Of a stretch of 64,000 nucleotides of DNA, positions 13,086-26,926 are shown piece after piece. Numbering within the stretch: the stretch's first letter is position 1; every line of letters begins with the position of its first letter. Below the pieces are notes generated by a model. The model was not told the origin of the DNA. It did no database searches and saw only the letters and a list, made by a program, of their open reading frames with translations. Location of the stretch: the NCBI GenBank assembly GCA_964016885.1, contig CAXHJY010001257.1, forward strand, positions 1 to 64,000. The letters run 5' to 3'. Origin of the DNA: Eledone cirrhosa (lineage: Eukaryota). The position numbers and the translations under genes were made by a program.

Positions 13086-13292
13086 ACTATATATATATAT
13101 ATATCATCATCATCATCGATTAACGTTAGCATAGGTTCGACAGGTTGGGGTGTTTCTGGCAGGCTTTCTACAGCTGGATGCCCTTCCTAACACCAACCAC
13201 ATCGACAGTGTGGACTGGGTGGTGGGGTATACTGTACAAATGCTTCAGCTTGTGGGAAGTCAGGTCTTCTGTATTACTGCATATTGCGACGA

Positions 13293-14921
13293 TATCATCA
13301 TCACCATCATCATCATTTTACGTCTGCTTTTCCCTACTTGCAAGGGTGGAATGGGTCCTCTTCAGCACAGCATCTCTCCATTCATCAAAATCCTTCATTT
13401 CCTCCATGAGCTTCAGCAATCTGAGGTCAACTCTCACCACCTCCGCCCATGTTTTTCATGGTCTTCCTCTACTGCATCTTCCTTCCACTGGGATTTATTG
13501 GCACTTCTTTACCCAGTGGTCGTCCTCCATGTACATCACATGTCCATACCATCTCAGTTTTCTCTCCCGCGCACCACATGTCCATACCATCTCAGCCTTC
13601 TCTCCCACACATTACAACTTATCCCTCTTATACAGTTTCTCTTTCTCAACACACCACATGTCCATACCATCTCAGTCTTCTCTCCCACACACTACAACTT
13701 ATCCCTCTTATACACAGTTTCTCTCTCAACACATCACATGTCCATACCATCGCAGCCTTCTCTCCCACACACTACAACTTATCCCTCTTATACACAGTTT
13801 CTCTCTCAACACATCACATGTCCATACCACCTCAGTCTTCTCTCCCACACACTACAACTTATCCCTCTTATACACAGTTTCTCTCTCAACACATCACATG
13901 TCCATACCATCTCAGTCTTCTCTCCCACACACCACAACTTATCCCTCTTATACCCAGTTTCTCTCTCAACTCATCACATGTCCATACCATCTCAGTCTTC
14001 TCTCCCACACACCACAACTTATCCCTCTTATACCCAGTTTCTCTCTCAACACATCACATGTCCATACCAACACAGTCTTCTCTCCCTCACACCACAACTT
14101 ATCCCTCTTATACACAGTTTCTCTCTCAACACATCACATGTCCATACCATCTCAGTCTTCTCTCCCACACACCACAACTTATCCCTCTTATACCCAGTTT
14201 CTCTCTCAACTCATCACATGTCCATACCATCTCAGTCTTCTCTCCCACACACCACAACTTATCCCTCTTATACCCAGTTTCTCTCTCAACACATCACATG
14301 TCCATACCATCTCAGTCTTCTCTCCCACACACCACAACTTATCCCTCTTATACACAGTTTCTCTCTCAACACACCACATGTCCATACCATCACAGTCTTC
14401 TCTCCCACACACTACAGTTTATCCCTCTTATACACAGTTTCTCTCTCAACACATCACATGTCCATACCATCTCAGTCTTCTCTCCCACACACCACAACTT
14501 ATCCCTCTTATACACAGTTTCTCTCTCAACACATCACATGTCCATACCATCTCAGTCTTCTCTCCCACACACCACAACTTATCGCTCTTATACCCAGTTT
14601 CTCTCTCAACACATCACATGTCCATACCAACACAGTCTTCTCTCCCTCACACCACAACTTATCCCTCTTATACACAGTTTCTCTCTCAACACATCACATG
14701 TCCATACCATCTCAGTCTTCTCTCCCACACACTAGTTTATCCCTCATATACACAGTTTCTCTCTCAACACACCACATGTCCATACCATCTTAGTCTTCTC
14801 TCCCAGACACCACAACTTATCCCTCTTATACGCAGTTTCTCTCTCAACTCATCCATGCTTGGTTGTTCACGTACATTGACATTGCACATCCAATGGTGCA
14901 TGCTTGCTTCATTTCTCTCCA
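13293..14921 (-). mobile_element. RTE 3' fragment containing an 80-bp tandem expansion
   Basis: RTE 3' tail at 13293-13560. About 16 copies of an 80-bp unit encode (antisense) VLREKLGIRGISCGVWERRLRWYGHVM. RTE sequence resumes at 14850-14921. Confidence 0.85.
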
Positions 14922-15932
14922 GGGGGTGGTAGTGGTGGTGGTGGTGTAGTGGTGGTGTTGGTGGGTGTATTATTGTTGTTGTTGTTGTGGTGGTGGTGTG
15001 GTGATGGAGGTGGTGGTGGTGATGGAGGTGGTGGTGTAGTGGTGGTGATGGTGTTGATAGTGGTGGTGTTGGTGGTGGTGGTAGTGGTGGTGGTGGTGTA
15101 GTGGTGGTGTTGATAATGGTGGTGTTGGTGGTGGCGATGGTGTTGTTGTTGTTGTTGTTGTGATGGTTGGTGGTTTTAGTGGTGATGATGGTAGTAGTGG
15201 TGGTATTGTTGGGGTGGTGGTGGTGGTGGGTAGTGGTGGTGGCGATGATGGTGATAGTGATGATGATGGTAATGATGGTAAAGATGGTGATAATGGTGGC
15301 GGTAGTGATGGTAATGATGATGATGTTATATAGCCACAAGTCTCTATTTTGGCAGGTGGGGTGGGGGGTTCCAGTTCTTGTATCAACACCTGTCGTGTTA
15401 TCTTACCTGCTCTGTCGGGAAACCGCTACAGGTATTTCACCAGACTTTCACACATAATCTGAACAAATTAAGTAGGATGGCTTCTTGGTTGGTGAACACA
15501 GGTATGTCTGTGTGTGTGTGTAGGTGTGTGTGTGTGTGTATATGTATGTGTGTGTGTGTATATGTATATATGTGTGTGTATATATATGTGTGTGTGTATA
15601 TATATGTGTGGGTATTTATGTGTGTGTGTGTATATATGTATGTGTGTGTGTATATGTATATATGTGTGTGTATATATATGTGTGTGTGTATATATATGTG
15701 TGGGTATTTATGTGTGTGTGTATATATATGTGTGTGTGTATATGTGTGTGTATATATATATATATGTGTATGCGTATATATGTGTGCATATATGTGTGTG
15801 TGTATATATGTGTGCATATATGTGTGTGTGTGTGTATATATATGTGTGTGTGTATATATATATATATGTGTGTATGTATATAAATATGTGTGTGTATGTA
15901 TATATATATGTGTGTATATATATATATATGTT

Positions 15933-15971
<39 letters not shown>

Positions 15972-16926
15972 ATATAACGAAAGAACTGTGGTAAGGAACC
16001 AGAGTACTCAATACTTAGGGTAGTAGAGTGGGTAATAGGAAAAGGACTGAGTCCAGAAATAGCCGTCGAAACGGCTTGAGCTCTGCCGTCAGGGTCACAC
16101 CTTTTCCTATGTATGTGTATATATATATATAAAGCTTTTCCTCACTTCAAAAGTTTCAAGCACAGACATCGCTTGATATGTGACATATTTTGTGATGCTA
16201 TCCTTGTCTACCATAGTCGTAGAGTGGTCCAGAACAGACCTGGGGTTAAACAACAACAAGGAAGGACACATTAGACACTGTAGTCCTAGATACACTATGT
16301 CTGAATAAAAAGAATGTAGGATCACAGCTAAGAACACCTTTGAGCGTATAATCAGAGGTTTGTTGTCTCAGGACTGACCTGGGGTTAAACAACGACAAGA
16401 AGAAGAAGAAGGACTCATTAAATAATTGTTTCTACTTTAGGCACAAGGCCAGCAATTATCCCAGTGCATTACCGGTACTTTATTTTATCGACCCCGTAAG
16501 GATGAAAGGCAAAGTCAACCTCGGCGGGATTTGAACTCAGATCGTAAAGGGACGTAACTCTATGCTGCAAAGCATGGCGTCCGACCCTCTACTGATACTG
16601 CCAATCCACCAGAGCCCATTAAATAATGTAGTCCTCGATACACTGTGTCCGTCCGAATAATAAAAGACAAGATGGACACGACTGGAATTTCTTTGATCAT
16701 GACTGACCTAGGGCTAAACATCGACAACAACAACGAGAACAAGAAGAATATTATATAATGTAGTCTTAGATACACTGCGTCTGCCTGAATAATAAAATCT
16801 AGGATGGTCACGGGTGGCTCGTCTTTGATGAGAGATCTGCAGTTACGAAGTGTGACCTTGACCTTCTAACAAGTGGTGACAAAAGATATATTAACACCGT
16901 TTCCTGGCTATACAACAGCTACTTAC

Positions 16927-16996
16927 CTGAGGCGTCAATTCTGTTGCATTTGTAGATAATATCAATAAAGCCGGGACACGACGCACCGGTTTCCAT
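16927..16996 (-). CDS. Nudix hydrolase (yeast YJR142W / plant NUDT20-like, DUF4743 + Nudix), coding exon 1
   Basis: ATG at 16996 reads METGASCPGFIDIIYKCNRIDAS+G, followed by a canonical GTAAGT donor. The 70 nt exon ends in phase 1 and joins exon 2 as G+AC=Asp. Confidence 0.8.
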
Positions 16997-17304
16997 CCCG
17001 GCTCTGTCTTAAATGACGTGTGTGTTTGTCGGTGTTGGTGTCGGTGTGTTTGTCTCGGTGCGAGGGTGTGTTTGTTGCTCTATCTGTGTGTGTATGTGTG
17101 TTTGTCGCCGTATCTGAGTGTGTATATGTGTTTGGCGCTGTGTCTGTTTGTGTTTGCGTGTGTTTGTCGTTGTATATATATGTGTGTGTATGTGTGTGTG
17201 TTAACAAGGGAAGTAACTCTAAATTCTCTCTTTCCTTTCATCAAGCTCTCTCGACAAAACAGTCGCTCAGCGTGTATCCTTAACCCGTTTTGCAATATAT
17301 ATAT

Positions 17305-17949
17305 CTTCGTAAAGACCTGAAAATCCGCCTCTTCATTTCTGTAGTGGAGTCTGTGCTGCTGTACGGGTTTGAGACTTGGACACTGACCAAGAAACTCACT
17401 CAGATGGTGGATGGGTGCTACACGAGAATGCTGAGGATGGCTCTGAACATTAATCAGTATACACTGAGGATGAAGAACTCGGAGCTGTACGGGAGCATCC
17501 CAAAAGTCAGCTCAAAAGTGACACAGAGGAGACTGAAGTTAGCTGGACATACTCACCGACATCCAGAGTTGACATTGCACTCAGTGCTCCTGTTGGAGCC
17601 CCTGCATGGACATACTAGAAGAGGAAGACAGAGGTTAGCTGGACATGCTCACCGACATCCAGAGTTGACACTACACTCAGTGCTCCTGTGGGAGCCCCTA
17701 CATGGACACACTGGAAGAGGAAGACCGAGGTTAGCTGGACATGCTCACCGACATCCAGAGTTGACATTGCACTCAGTGCTCCTTTGGGAGCCCCTACATG
17801 GACACACTGGAAGAGGAAGACCAAGGTTAACGTATGTTGATGTTCTAAGGCACTGGTCTGTTGGAGATGCAGGACATGGCAGCGATAATGAGGGACAGAG
17901 ACCGCTGGAGAGAACTCGTCCATGGAACTCGGCAATTTTACCCACCCTA

Positions 17950-17950
<1 letters not shown>
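17305..17950 (+). mobile_element. 3' fragment of a second RTE-like LINE family, with an internal triplication
   Basis: LKIRLFISVVESVLLYGFETWTLTK...DGCYTRMLRMALNI...RRLKLAGH. The AGH...GRPRL segment is repeated three times. Confidence 0.85.
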
Positions 17951-18012
<62 letters not shown>

Positions 18013-18342
18013 TTATGCATCTACCTCACTTTTCTTAGTTTATAGATTCCCTACACTGGTGGTTTCCCCTGTACATTGATAAACGCACACTCTCTCTCGT
18101 GTATTATCTTTTCTATATCGAGATCGATAACATAAAGTACCAGTAATAGACTGGAGTAATTGCTGGCCTTGTGCCAAAAGTAGAAAAATCTTTTCTATAT
18201 ATTATATTTGAAGATGAAGAGCCCAGGATTATTTTCCTTTGAGCTCATAAATTACAGGGACCAACGCGAGTTTATGACTCCGTTAATTTATTTTGATATA
18301 TACCTGGGACAAGAAGTGAATATATATATATATATATATATA

Positions 18343-18532
18343 TAGGAACGAGTAGGACCCCGACGGCTGAGCTCAAGCTGTTTCGACGGCTAATTCAGTC
18401 CAGAATTAGCCGTCGAAACAGCTTGAGCTCAGCCGTCGGAGTTCTACTCGTTCCTATTACCCACTCTACTACCCTAAGTATTGAGTACTTTGGAGCGTTA
18501 TTGTCCACCTGGTTCCTTACCACAATTCCTTC

Positions 18533-18536
<4 letters not shown>
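18343..18536 (+). mobile_element. Fold-back element with hammerhead 3' half; family also at 15975-16110, 22735-22900 and 54405-54615 (minus strand)
   Basis: Palindrome containing GAAAC-(G/A)GCUUGAGCUCAGCC-GUC, tail motif at 18463-18486, inserted in (TA)n. Confidence 0.68.
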
Positions 18537-18580
<44 letters not shown>

Positions 18581-18699
18581 CTTCTTGTCCCAGGTAGACG
18601 TATTCCTCCACTTCCTCTATTTCATCACCGCCAACCACCATTCGACCTGTTGGTACGCTGTCGGACCGCTTGAACTTCGTTCATCTTGAGGCCTACTGC

Positions 18700-19110
18700 A
18701 GAAGAGAGAAGAGCAGAGGCTGGTAACGGCTCAATGAGCCATGGAGAGATCAATGCTAGGAATCTCGTTGAGAGAGTACATCAGGAGCGAAGTCATCAGA
18801 CAGAAGTCCGGTGTGAAGGACGCCATCACGTCGCCCGGTTCACCGATAATCGGTGGACCCGCGCAGTTGCCGAGTGGTAACCCGCGCAGTTGCCGAGTGG
18901 TTACCCGCGCAGTTGCCGAGTGGTTACCCGCGCAAGCGGAAACGACCACTCGGAAGGCCTCCACGAGGGTGGAGTTACGATTTTAGGAATACGATTGGGA
19001 CTACATGGATGAGGAAAGCACGATCCAGAGAGGAATGGATGGCGTGCTGTGACCAGTGGCGCCGAATGGACGCCAGACAGACTGGTCGGTCAAGGTGATC
19101 AAGGTGATGT
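18700..19110 (+). mobile_element. RTE/RTEX-like LINE 3' fragment
   Basis: AMERSMLGISLREYIRSEVIRQKSGVKD...HVARFTDNRWTRAVAEW...KRPLGRPPRGW. Confidence 0.78.
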
Positions 19111-19112
19111 AT

Positions 19113-22100
19113 CTATCATCATCATCATCATTTTACGTCCGCTCTTCCCTGCTTGCAAGGGTGGGATGGGTCCTATTCAGCACAGCATCTCTCCACTTGT
19201 CACGGTCCTTTGTCATCTCCACCGTGAGCTTCAGCAATCAGGTCTGTTCTCACCACCTTCGCCCATGTTTTTCGTGGTCTACCTCTACCACGTCTCCCTT
19301 CAACTGGCATTTCCTGGCACTTCTTCACCCATCGGTCATCCTCCATGCTCATCACATGTCCATACCATCTCAGTCTCCTCTCCCGTACACTACATTCTAT
19401 CCCTCTCAGAAACAGTTTCTCTCTCAACACATTCATGCTGGGTCGTTCACGCACATTTACACTGCACATCCAACGGAACATGCTTGCCTCATTTCTCTCC
19501 AACCGTCGCATATCCTCTGCAGTTGCTGCCCATGTCTCACTACCATGCAGCATCGCGCTCCTCACACACGCATCATATAACCGACCTTTCATACGCAGGG
19601 AGAAACCCTTCTTCGTCAGCAGAGGAAGCAGCTCCCTAAACTTCTTCCAACCTGTCCTTATTCTAGATACTATGGCCTCGGAACACCCTCCTCCCATGCT
19701 AATCTGATCTCCTAGGTACCGGAAGCTATCCACCACTTCTATAGCACCAGCCTGCATTTGAAAAATGTGTCTATCAATGCAACTTCTACTGTCTAATTTC
19801 CCAGTATATCTACTGCATATGTATTTCTCCCTACCTGTTAGTTTGCCTGCTATCCCACTACATCTCTTGTGTACCCAGGATCTGAATTGTGTGCATTTTA
19901 TAGAATTTATGCCAGTTCCTTTCTGCATATCGAAGATGGCCATTTCCCTGACGGAATCAGAGTTTTGTCCTCTTTTCTACTCATCAACACTTTTGTCTTA
20001 GTTAGGTTCACTCTCAGTCCTCTTGCTTCCAACTGCTGTTTCCATAGCCAGAATTTATTCTCTAGCTCCTCTATTGATTCTGCTATAAGAACCAGATCGT
20101 CAGCATAGAGAAGTTCCCATGGACAGCCAGTCTTAAACTCCTCTGTTATGGCTTGGAGGACTATAATGAACAAGAGCGGGCTGAGTACCAAACCTTGATG
20201 TACTCCTACTTGTATCTGGAATTCCTCACTAAACTCCATTACTACCCTGACTTTACTGACAGTACCTCTGTACAAAGTTTGCACTGTCCTCGCAAGCCAT
20301 TCCTCAACACCTAGTTTCCTTGGGGACCACCAGATGACAGATCAAGGTACCCTATCAAAGACCTTCTCTAGGTCAACAAAGGCTAAGTATAGTGGCTTAT
20401 TTTTCTCTAAGAACCTCTCTTGCATTTGTCTCACCAAGAAGAGAGCATCTGTTGTACTCTTCCCAGGCACAAAACCAAACTGCATTTCATCTAGTTTTAC
20501 CCTTTCTCTAATTAGTTGTGCTAATATCCTTTCTGCCACTTTCATAACCTGATCTATCAGTTTTATACCCCTATAATTGCTCCTCTCCAGAGCATCCTCT
20601 TTACCTTTGTAGCAATATATGAGAATACTGCTGCACCAGTCTTTGGCTATGACACCACCATATATAGCCTCATTGATGATGCGTGCAACCAGTTTAGTGC
20701 CTACGTCCCCTGATGCCTTCAGCATCTCAGCAACTATCCCTGATGGTCAGCAACCTTACCATTTTTCATTTTCTTAATCACCTCTTGGACCCTATATTCA
20801 TCAATCTCAATAGCTGGTCCCTCTGTCGGATCTACTGAGGGTAATTTCTCTCTCTCCCATTCGTTCTCCACATTCATCAGTCTCTCATAATGACATTTCC
20901 AGGCCTCCTTTTTCTGATCATTCGTGACACTAAGTACACTGGCATCATTCCAGACACATTTATCTCCAACAACATCCTGATTTGCATTGACACACTGCCT
21001 TGCAATGTGGAACACCGCATGCCTCTGATCTCCCCGTCGCAGAACATTGGCAAACCTCCAACTCTCAGCCTCCCTGCATGCTAAGTACACCTGACGTCTA
21101 GCTTCTCTCTTAGTGGCTGTATATTCTTCCCTACTCCCACCCTTATTCCAAGCCTTCCATGCTAGTCTTTTGTCTCTAATAGCTCTATCTACTGTGCTGT
21201 TCTACCACCAAGTCACTCTCTGTCTGGTTGGAGCTCTGCTCCAGCCACAAGTTTCATCAGTAGCCTGTAGTAAGTTGTCACGTAAGAAATTCCAGTTATC
21301 TATGTCATACATCTCTAAATCGTCTTCTTTTTCCTCATACAAATCTTGAAGGGCTTTCCTAAATTTGTATTTTAGTGAAAGGTCTTTTAGCTTCGAGACA
21401 TTTCTTCTCCACACCTTCCTGTATGTCTCATTCCATCTCTTGCTTACTGAGATATCAACTAACCTATGCTGTGGGGTACATTCTTCCCCAGGGTATGCTT
21501 TGGTATTTGACACCATCTGCCTGTCCCGCTGCCTAACTAGTAAGAAGTCAATCTGGCTTATGTGCTCGCCTGATTTGTAGGTTATTAGGTGATTGGCAGG
21601 TTTCTGGAAGTTTGTGTTGCAAATAGTCAATGTACTAGCATCACAAAATTCAAGAAGTCTCACTCCTTCTTCATTTCTTGAGTCGTAACCGTGCCCACCA
21701 TGTACCCCAGTGTATCCATCCTGGAGCTGTCCAACATGACCATTGAAGTACCCTGCTAACATAACTATGTCTCCGTCCTCTGTCATTGCGGTTGTTTGTA
21801 AAAGTTGCTCGTAAAAGCAGTCTTTCTCTTCTTTGCCTAGGCCTGCTTGGGGAGCATAGGCAGAGATGATTGTCAGTAGTCTCCTGCCTACAATTAATCT
21901 AAGCTTAATTATTCGATTACTAACTCAAACTACCTCTATTGTCTTATTGATCCATCTCTCAGCCAGGAAAATGCCTACTCCCCCTAACCCATCATCCTTA
22001 CCTACCCAGAAAAGCTTATAACTAAGATGTTTGCCTGCGATTAGTCCCGCAGAGGCACCTCTCCATCTCACCTCTTGCACGCAGCACACATCCCCATGCC

Positions 22101-22350
22101 TTCTCTCCAGCATCTCCGCTATTTCAGCAGATCTACCTCTGAGAGTGCCAACATTAAGTGTTGCAACTCTGAGATGCGACGTCTTCATATTTTTGTTGTT
22201 CCTATTTGTTGCTGTGCTTATAATCGTTTTGGCATTGATACACTGGTTGGATGCCCTTCCTAACACCAGCGTCACTTTACAGCATGGACTGGGTGCTTCT
22301 ATTTGTGCCACCAGCACTAGAGAGGATGTCTTACTGGACTCATGGGCCCT
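19113..22350 (-). mobile_element. Near full-length decayed RTE-clade LINE (APE endonuclease + RT)
   Basis: Frameshifted ORFs: LRVATLNVGTL, VQEVRW, FNGHVG, SQIDFLL (APE); NYRGIKL, QFGFVPG, AFVDLEK, GVHQG..LSP, LLYADDL (RT); RRLRWYGHV and GRRGRGRPRKTW. It ends in a (GAT)n tail. Confidence 0.92.
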
Positions 22351-22921
22351 CTCTACTCCTCCATTTTACAGCATGGTCATAACAAGAAAAACAAAAACCC
22401 ACTTATTGACACTCACGGCACACACACACACACACTCACACACCAACACTCATGCATACAAACACACACGCCACTCACACACCAACACTACATACACATA
22501 TATATATATATATTACTGTTGACTATTCCAGTTCAGTTTTTATATAATAATAATTGTTTGCTTTACAGCATAGAGCAACGGCCCTCCACTCTCCGGGCTC
22601 CCCCCCCCCCCAAAAAAAAAACAAGGCACCAGCAATGCGCTGGGACCAGTGGCTGCCCCGTGCCAAGAACAGAATAGTTATAATAATATATATATATACA
22701 GAGAGAGAGAGAGAGAGAGAGAGAGTGTGTGTATGTGATAAGGATTCAGAGTACTCAATACTTAGGGTAGTGGAGTGGGTAATAGGAAAAGAGTCAGGAC
22801 CCCGACGGCAGAGCTCCAGCCGTTTCTACAGCTAGATCTGAACTAAGCCACCAGATCTCGCTGTCGAAAGGCTGGAGCTCAGCCGTCGGGCTCCTGAAAC
22901 TTATCATTCACATATATATAC

Positions 22922-22957
<36 letters not shown>

Positions 22958-23343
22958 GTAGGAGGTGAGTTTTATTGTAACACAATAAACCAATAGCAGA
23001 TATCGGATAAGAAGCACTCTACAGTTTGTAGGACTGGAGTATAAATAATATAAGATCAAAAGATGGTTAAAAGAGTTCCAAGTATTTTATTATGCGCATT
23101 TCAAAAACAAATATCATCATGAGATGATATCTGCGTTTTCATCAGATAAAATAGGGATACATGATATGAAGGTTAAAAAACACTTGTGGATAGTGCAGTT
23201 TTAAATAACAATGTTGATTTAATACTTCACTATTCACAAGTGTTTTTTAACCTTCATATGTCTTCAGATATTATCTCATGATGATATTTGTTTTTGAAAT
23301 GCGCATAATAAAATACTTGGAACTCTTTTAACCATCTTTAGAT

Positions 23344-23350
<7 letters not shown>
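22958..23350 (-). mobile_element. Fold-back hammerhead element (related partial copy at 31030-31220)
   Basis: Inverted arms about 23048-23190 and 23233-23350, hammerhead, tail motif at 23016-23040, (TA)n on both sides. Confidence 0.72.
23083..23153 (-). ncRNA. Type I hammerhead ribozyme
   Basis: UAUUUUAU-CUGAUGA-[AAACGCAGAUAUCA...UGAUAUUUGUUUUU]-GAA-AUGCGCAU-A-AUAAAAUA. 8-bp stem I and palindromic stem III. Confidence 0.82.
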
Positions 23351-23381
<31 letters not shown>

Positions 23382-23399
23382 TTTCATTCATTTTTTATT

Positions 23400-23727
23400 T
23401 CATTTTTACGTCCACTTTTCCCTGCTTGCAAGGGTGGGACGGGAACTGATTCTGGCTTGATTTCTACAGCTGGATGCCCTTCCTAACACCAACCACATTT
23501 ACAGTGAGTGCTGGGTGCTTTTTTTTCCGTGGCGCCTCCACGACTACTTTACAGTGGAATGATAGGGACCCCAGTCCCTATCATCTCATTTCTACAGCTG
23601 AGTAAACTGGAGCAATGTGAAATAAAGTGTCTTGCTCAAGGAAACAACACATCACCCGGTCTGAGAATTGAACTTACAACCTTTCGATTGCAAGGCCAAT
23701 GCTCTAACCACTAAGCCATGTGCCTCC
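23400..23727 (-). mobile_element. SINE family A
   Basis: Full-length copy. Confidence 0.88.
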
Positions 23728-23920
23728 ATATATATATATGTGCACGCACGTATACATACATACACACATATATATATATGAAGTTAGTTACACAACAAAT
23801 TACCAAACTATACTCGTTTGTTGTGGAACTAACTCTATACTGGACTCTTCCTATGGACTGGGTGCTCTACTTACTACGGATATATATATATATATATATA
23901 TATAAAGATATATAAATAAA

Positions 23921-23961
<41 letters not shown>

Positions 23962-23990
23962 TTATATTTAAATAAATATATATTTATATT

Positions 23991-24061
<71 letters not shown>

Positions 24062-24204
24062 ATATATAAATAAATATATATATATATATATAAAGATATA
24101 TAAATAAATAAATATATATATATATAAAGTTATATAAATAAAGATATATAAATAAATAAATATATATATATACATGCAATCAATAAATATATATATATAC
24201 ATAC

Positions 24205-24499
24205 AATCGAAAGGTTGTGAGTTCAATTCTCAGACCGGGTGATGTGTTGTTTCCTTGAGCAAGACACTTTATTTCACATTGCTCCAGTTTACTCAGCTGT
24301 AGAAATGAGATGATAGGGACTGGGGTCCATATCATTCCACTGTAAAGTGGTCGTGGAGGTGCCATGGCAAAAAAGCACCCAGCACTCACTGTAAATGAGG
24401 TTGGTGTTAGGAAGGGCATCCAGCTGTAGAAATCAAGCCAGAATCAGTTCCCGTCCCACCCTTGCAAGCAGGGAAAAGCGGTCGTAAAATGATGATGAT
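24205..24499 (+). mobile_element. SINE family A, 5'-truncated
   Basis: Copy lacking the A box. Confidence 0.85.
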
Positions 24500-24755
24500 A
24501 TAAATAAATATATATATATATATATATAAAGATATATAAATAAATATATATATATACATATATAAAGATATATAAATAAATATATATATATATATAAATA
24601 TATAAATAAATATATATATATATATATATATAAAGATATATAAATAAATATATATATATGTATATATAAAGATATATAAATAAATATATATATATAAAGA
24701 TATATAAATAAATATGTATATATACATATATATAAAGATATATAAATAAATATAT

Positions 24756-24791
<36 letters not shown>

Positions 24792-24853
24792 ATGAGTGTA
24801 CCATACTCAGTGACTTAACAGAAGCAGTTAGTGGCAAAGGGTATATATATACA

Positions 24854-24884
<31 letters not shown>

Positions 24885-24959
24885 GAATTAGAACCCTGTA
24901 ACCATTAAGCTCTAAGTATAAAGTACAAATAAATAATATCTTTATATATATGTATATAT

Positions 24960-25035
<76 letters not shown>

Positions 25036-25107
25036 GTATATATATACCCTTTGCCACTAACTGCTTCTGTTAAGTCACTGAGTGTGGTACACCCATTATA
25101 TATATAT

Positions 25108-25145
<38 letters not shown>

Positions 25146-26895
25146 GTTATTTATATATCTTTATATATATATATATACATATTCCCTGCCACCTACACCT
25201 GTAAACTATACCGTTGTGTGTGGTACAGATATTCCAGCACACATACACACATGTACACGCAAACACACACACACTCCCAAGAGAGTGTATGCACACACGC
25301 ACATTCATATTCATAAACACACATACAAACACACACACATACATACATACACATACATGCACATATACATTCATAAACACCCATTCATTCAGACATATAC
25401 ACACACACACATACATACATACATACACAGAAGAACACATACATATACACATAGACACACATGTACATACACACACATATACACATTCATAAACACACAC
25501 ACACACGCATACATACACACACATATATACACACACATATACATTCATAAGCACACATTCATAAACACACATACAAACACAGACATATAAATACACACAC
25601 ATACATACATACACACATACACAGAAGAACACATACATATACACATAGACACACACATGTACATACACACACATATACACATTCATAAACACACACACGC
25701 ATACACACACATATACATACACACACATATACATTCATAAGCACACACACACACACATACATGCACACACACATACATGCACACACACACACACACACAT
25801 ACATACACACACACATTCATAAACACACATACAAACACATACATATACATACACACACATACATACACACATACACATAACACATTCATATACATACACA
25901 CACATACATACATACACACATACACAGAAGAACACATACATATACACATAGACACACACATGTACATACACACACATATACACATTCATAAACACACACA
26001 CGCATACATACACACATTTATATACACACACATATACATTCATATGCACACACATACATATACATTCATAAGCACACTCACACATACATAAACACACATA
26101 CATACAAACACATACATATACTTACACACGCACACATACATACACATTCATAAACACACACACATATATACATACACATGCATATACACATACACACACA
26201 TTCATAAACACACACATACACACACACACATACACACACATGCATACATACACACACACATTCATAAACACACACGCATACATACACATTCATAAACACA
26301 CACACACATATATGCATACACACATTCATAAACACACATATACACACACACATATACACACACACACATACATACACACACATACATACACATTCATAAA
26401 CACACACACACATATATGCATACACACACATGCATATACACATACACACACATTCATAAACACACATACACACAAACACATACACACACACGCATACATA
26501 CACACACACGCATACATACACACACCGCATACATACACACACATACATACACATTCCTAAACACACACACACATATACATACACACACATGCATATACAC
26601 ATACACACACATTCCTAAACACATATACACACACACTCATATAAACACACGCATACATACACACACATACATACACATTCATAAACACACACACATATAT
26701 ACATACACACACATGCATATACACATCCACACACATTCCTAAACACACATATACACACACACACATATACACACACGCATACATACACACACATACATGC
26801 AAACACACAGTCTGCCACCATCAACTATACACTATATCTCTCTATGTGGCACAGACACACACACTCACACACACATATATACACACACACACACT

Positions 26896-26926
<31 letters not shown>

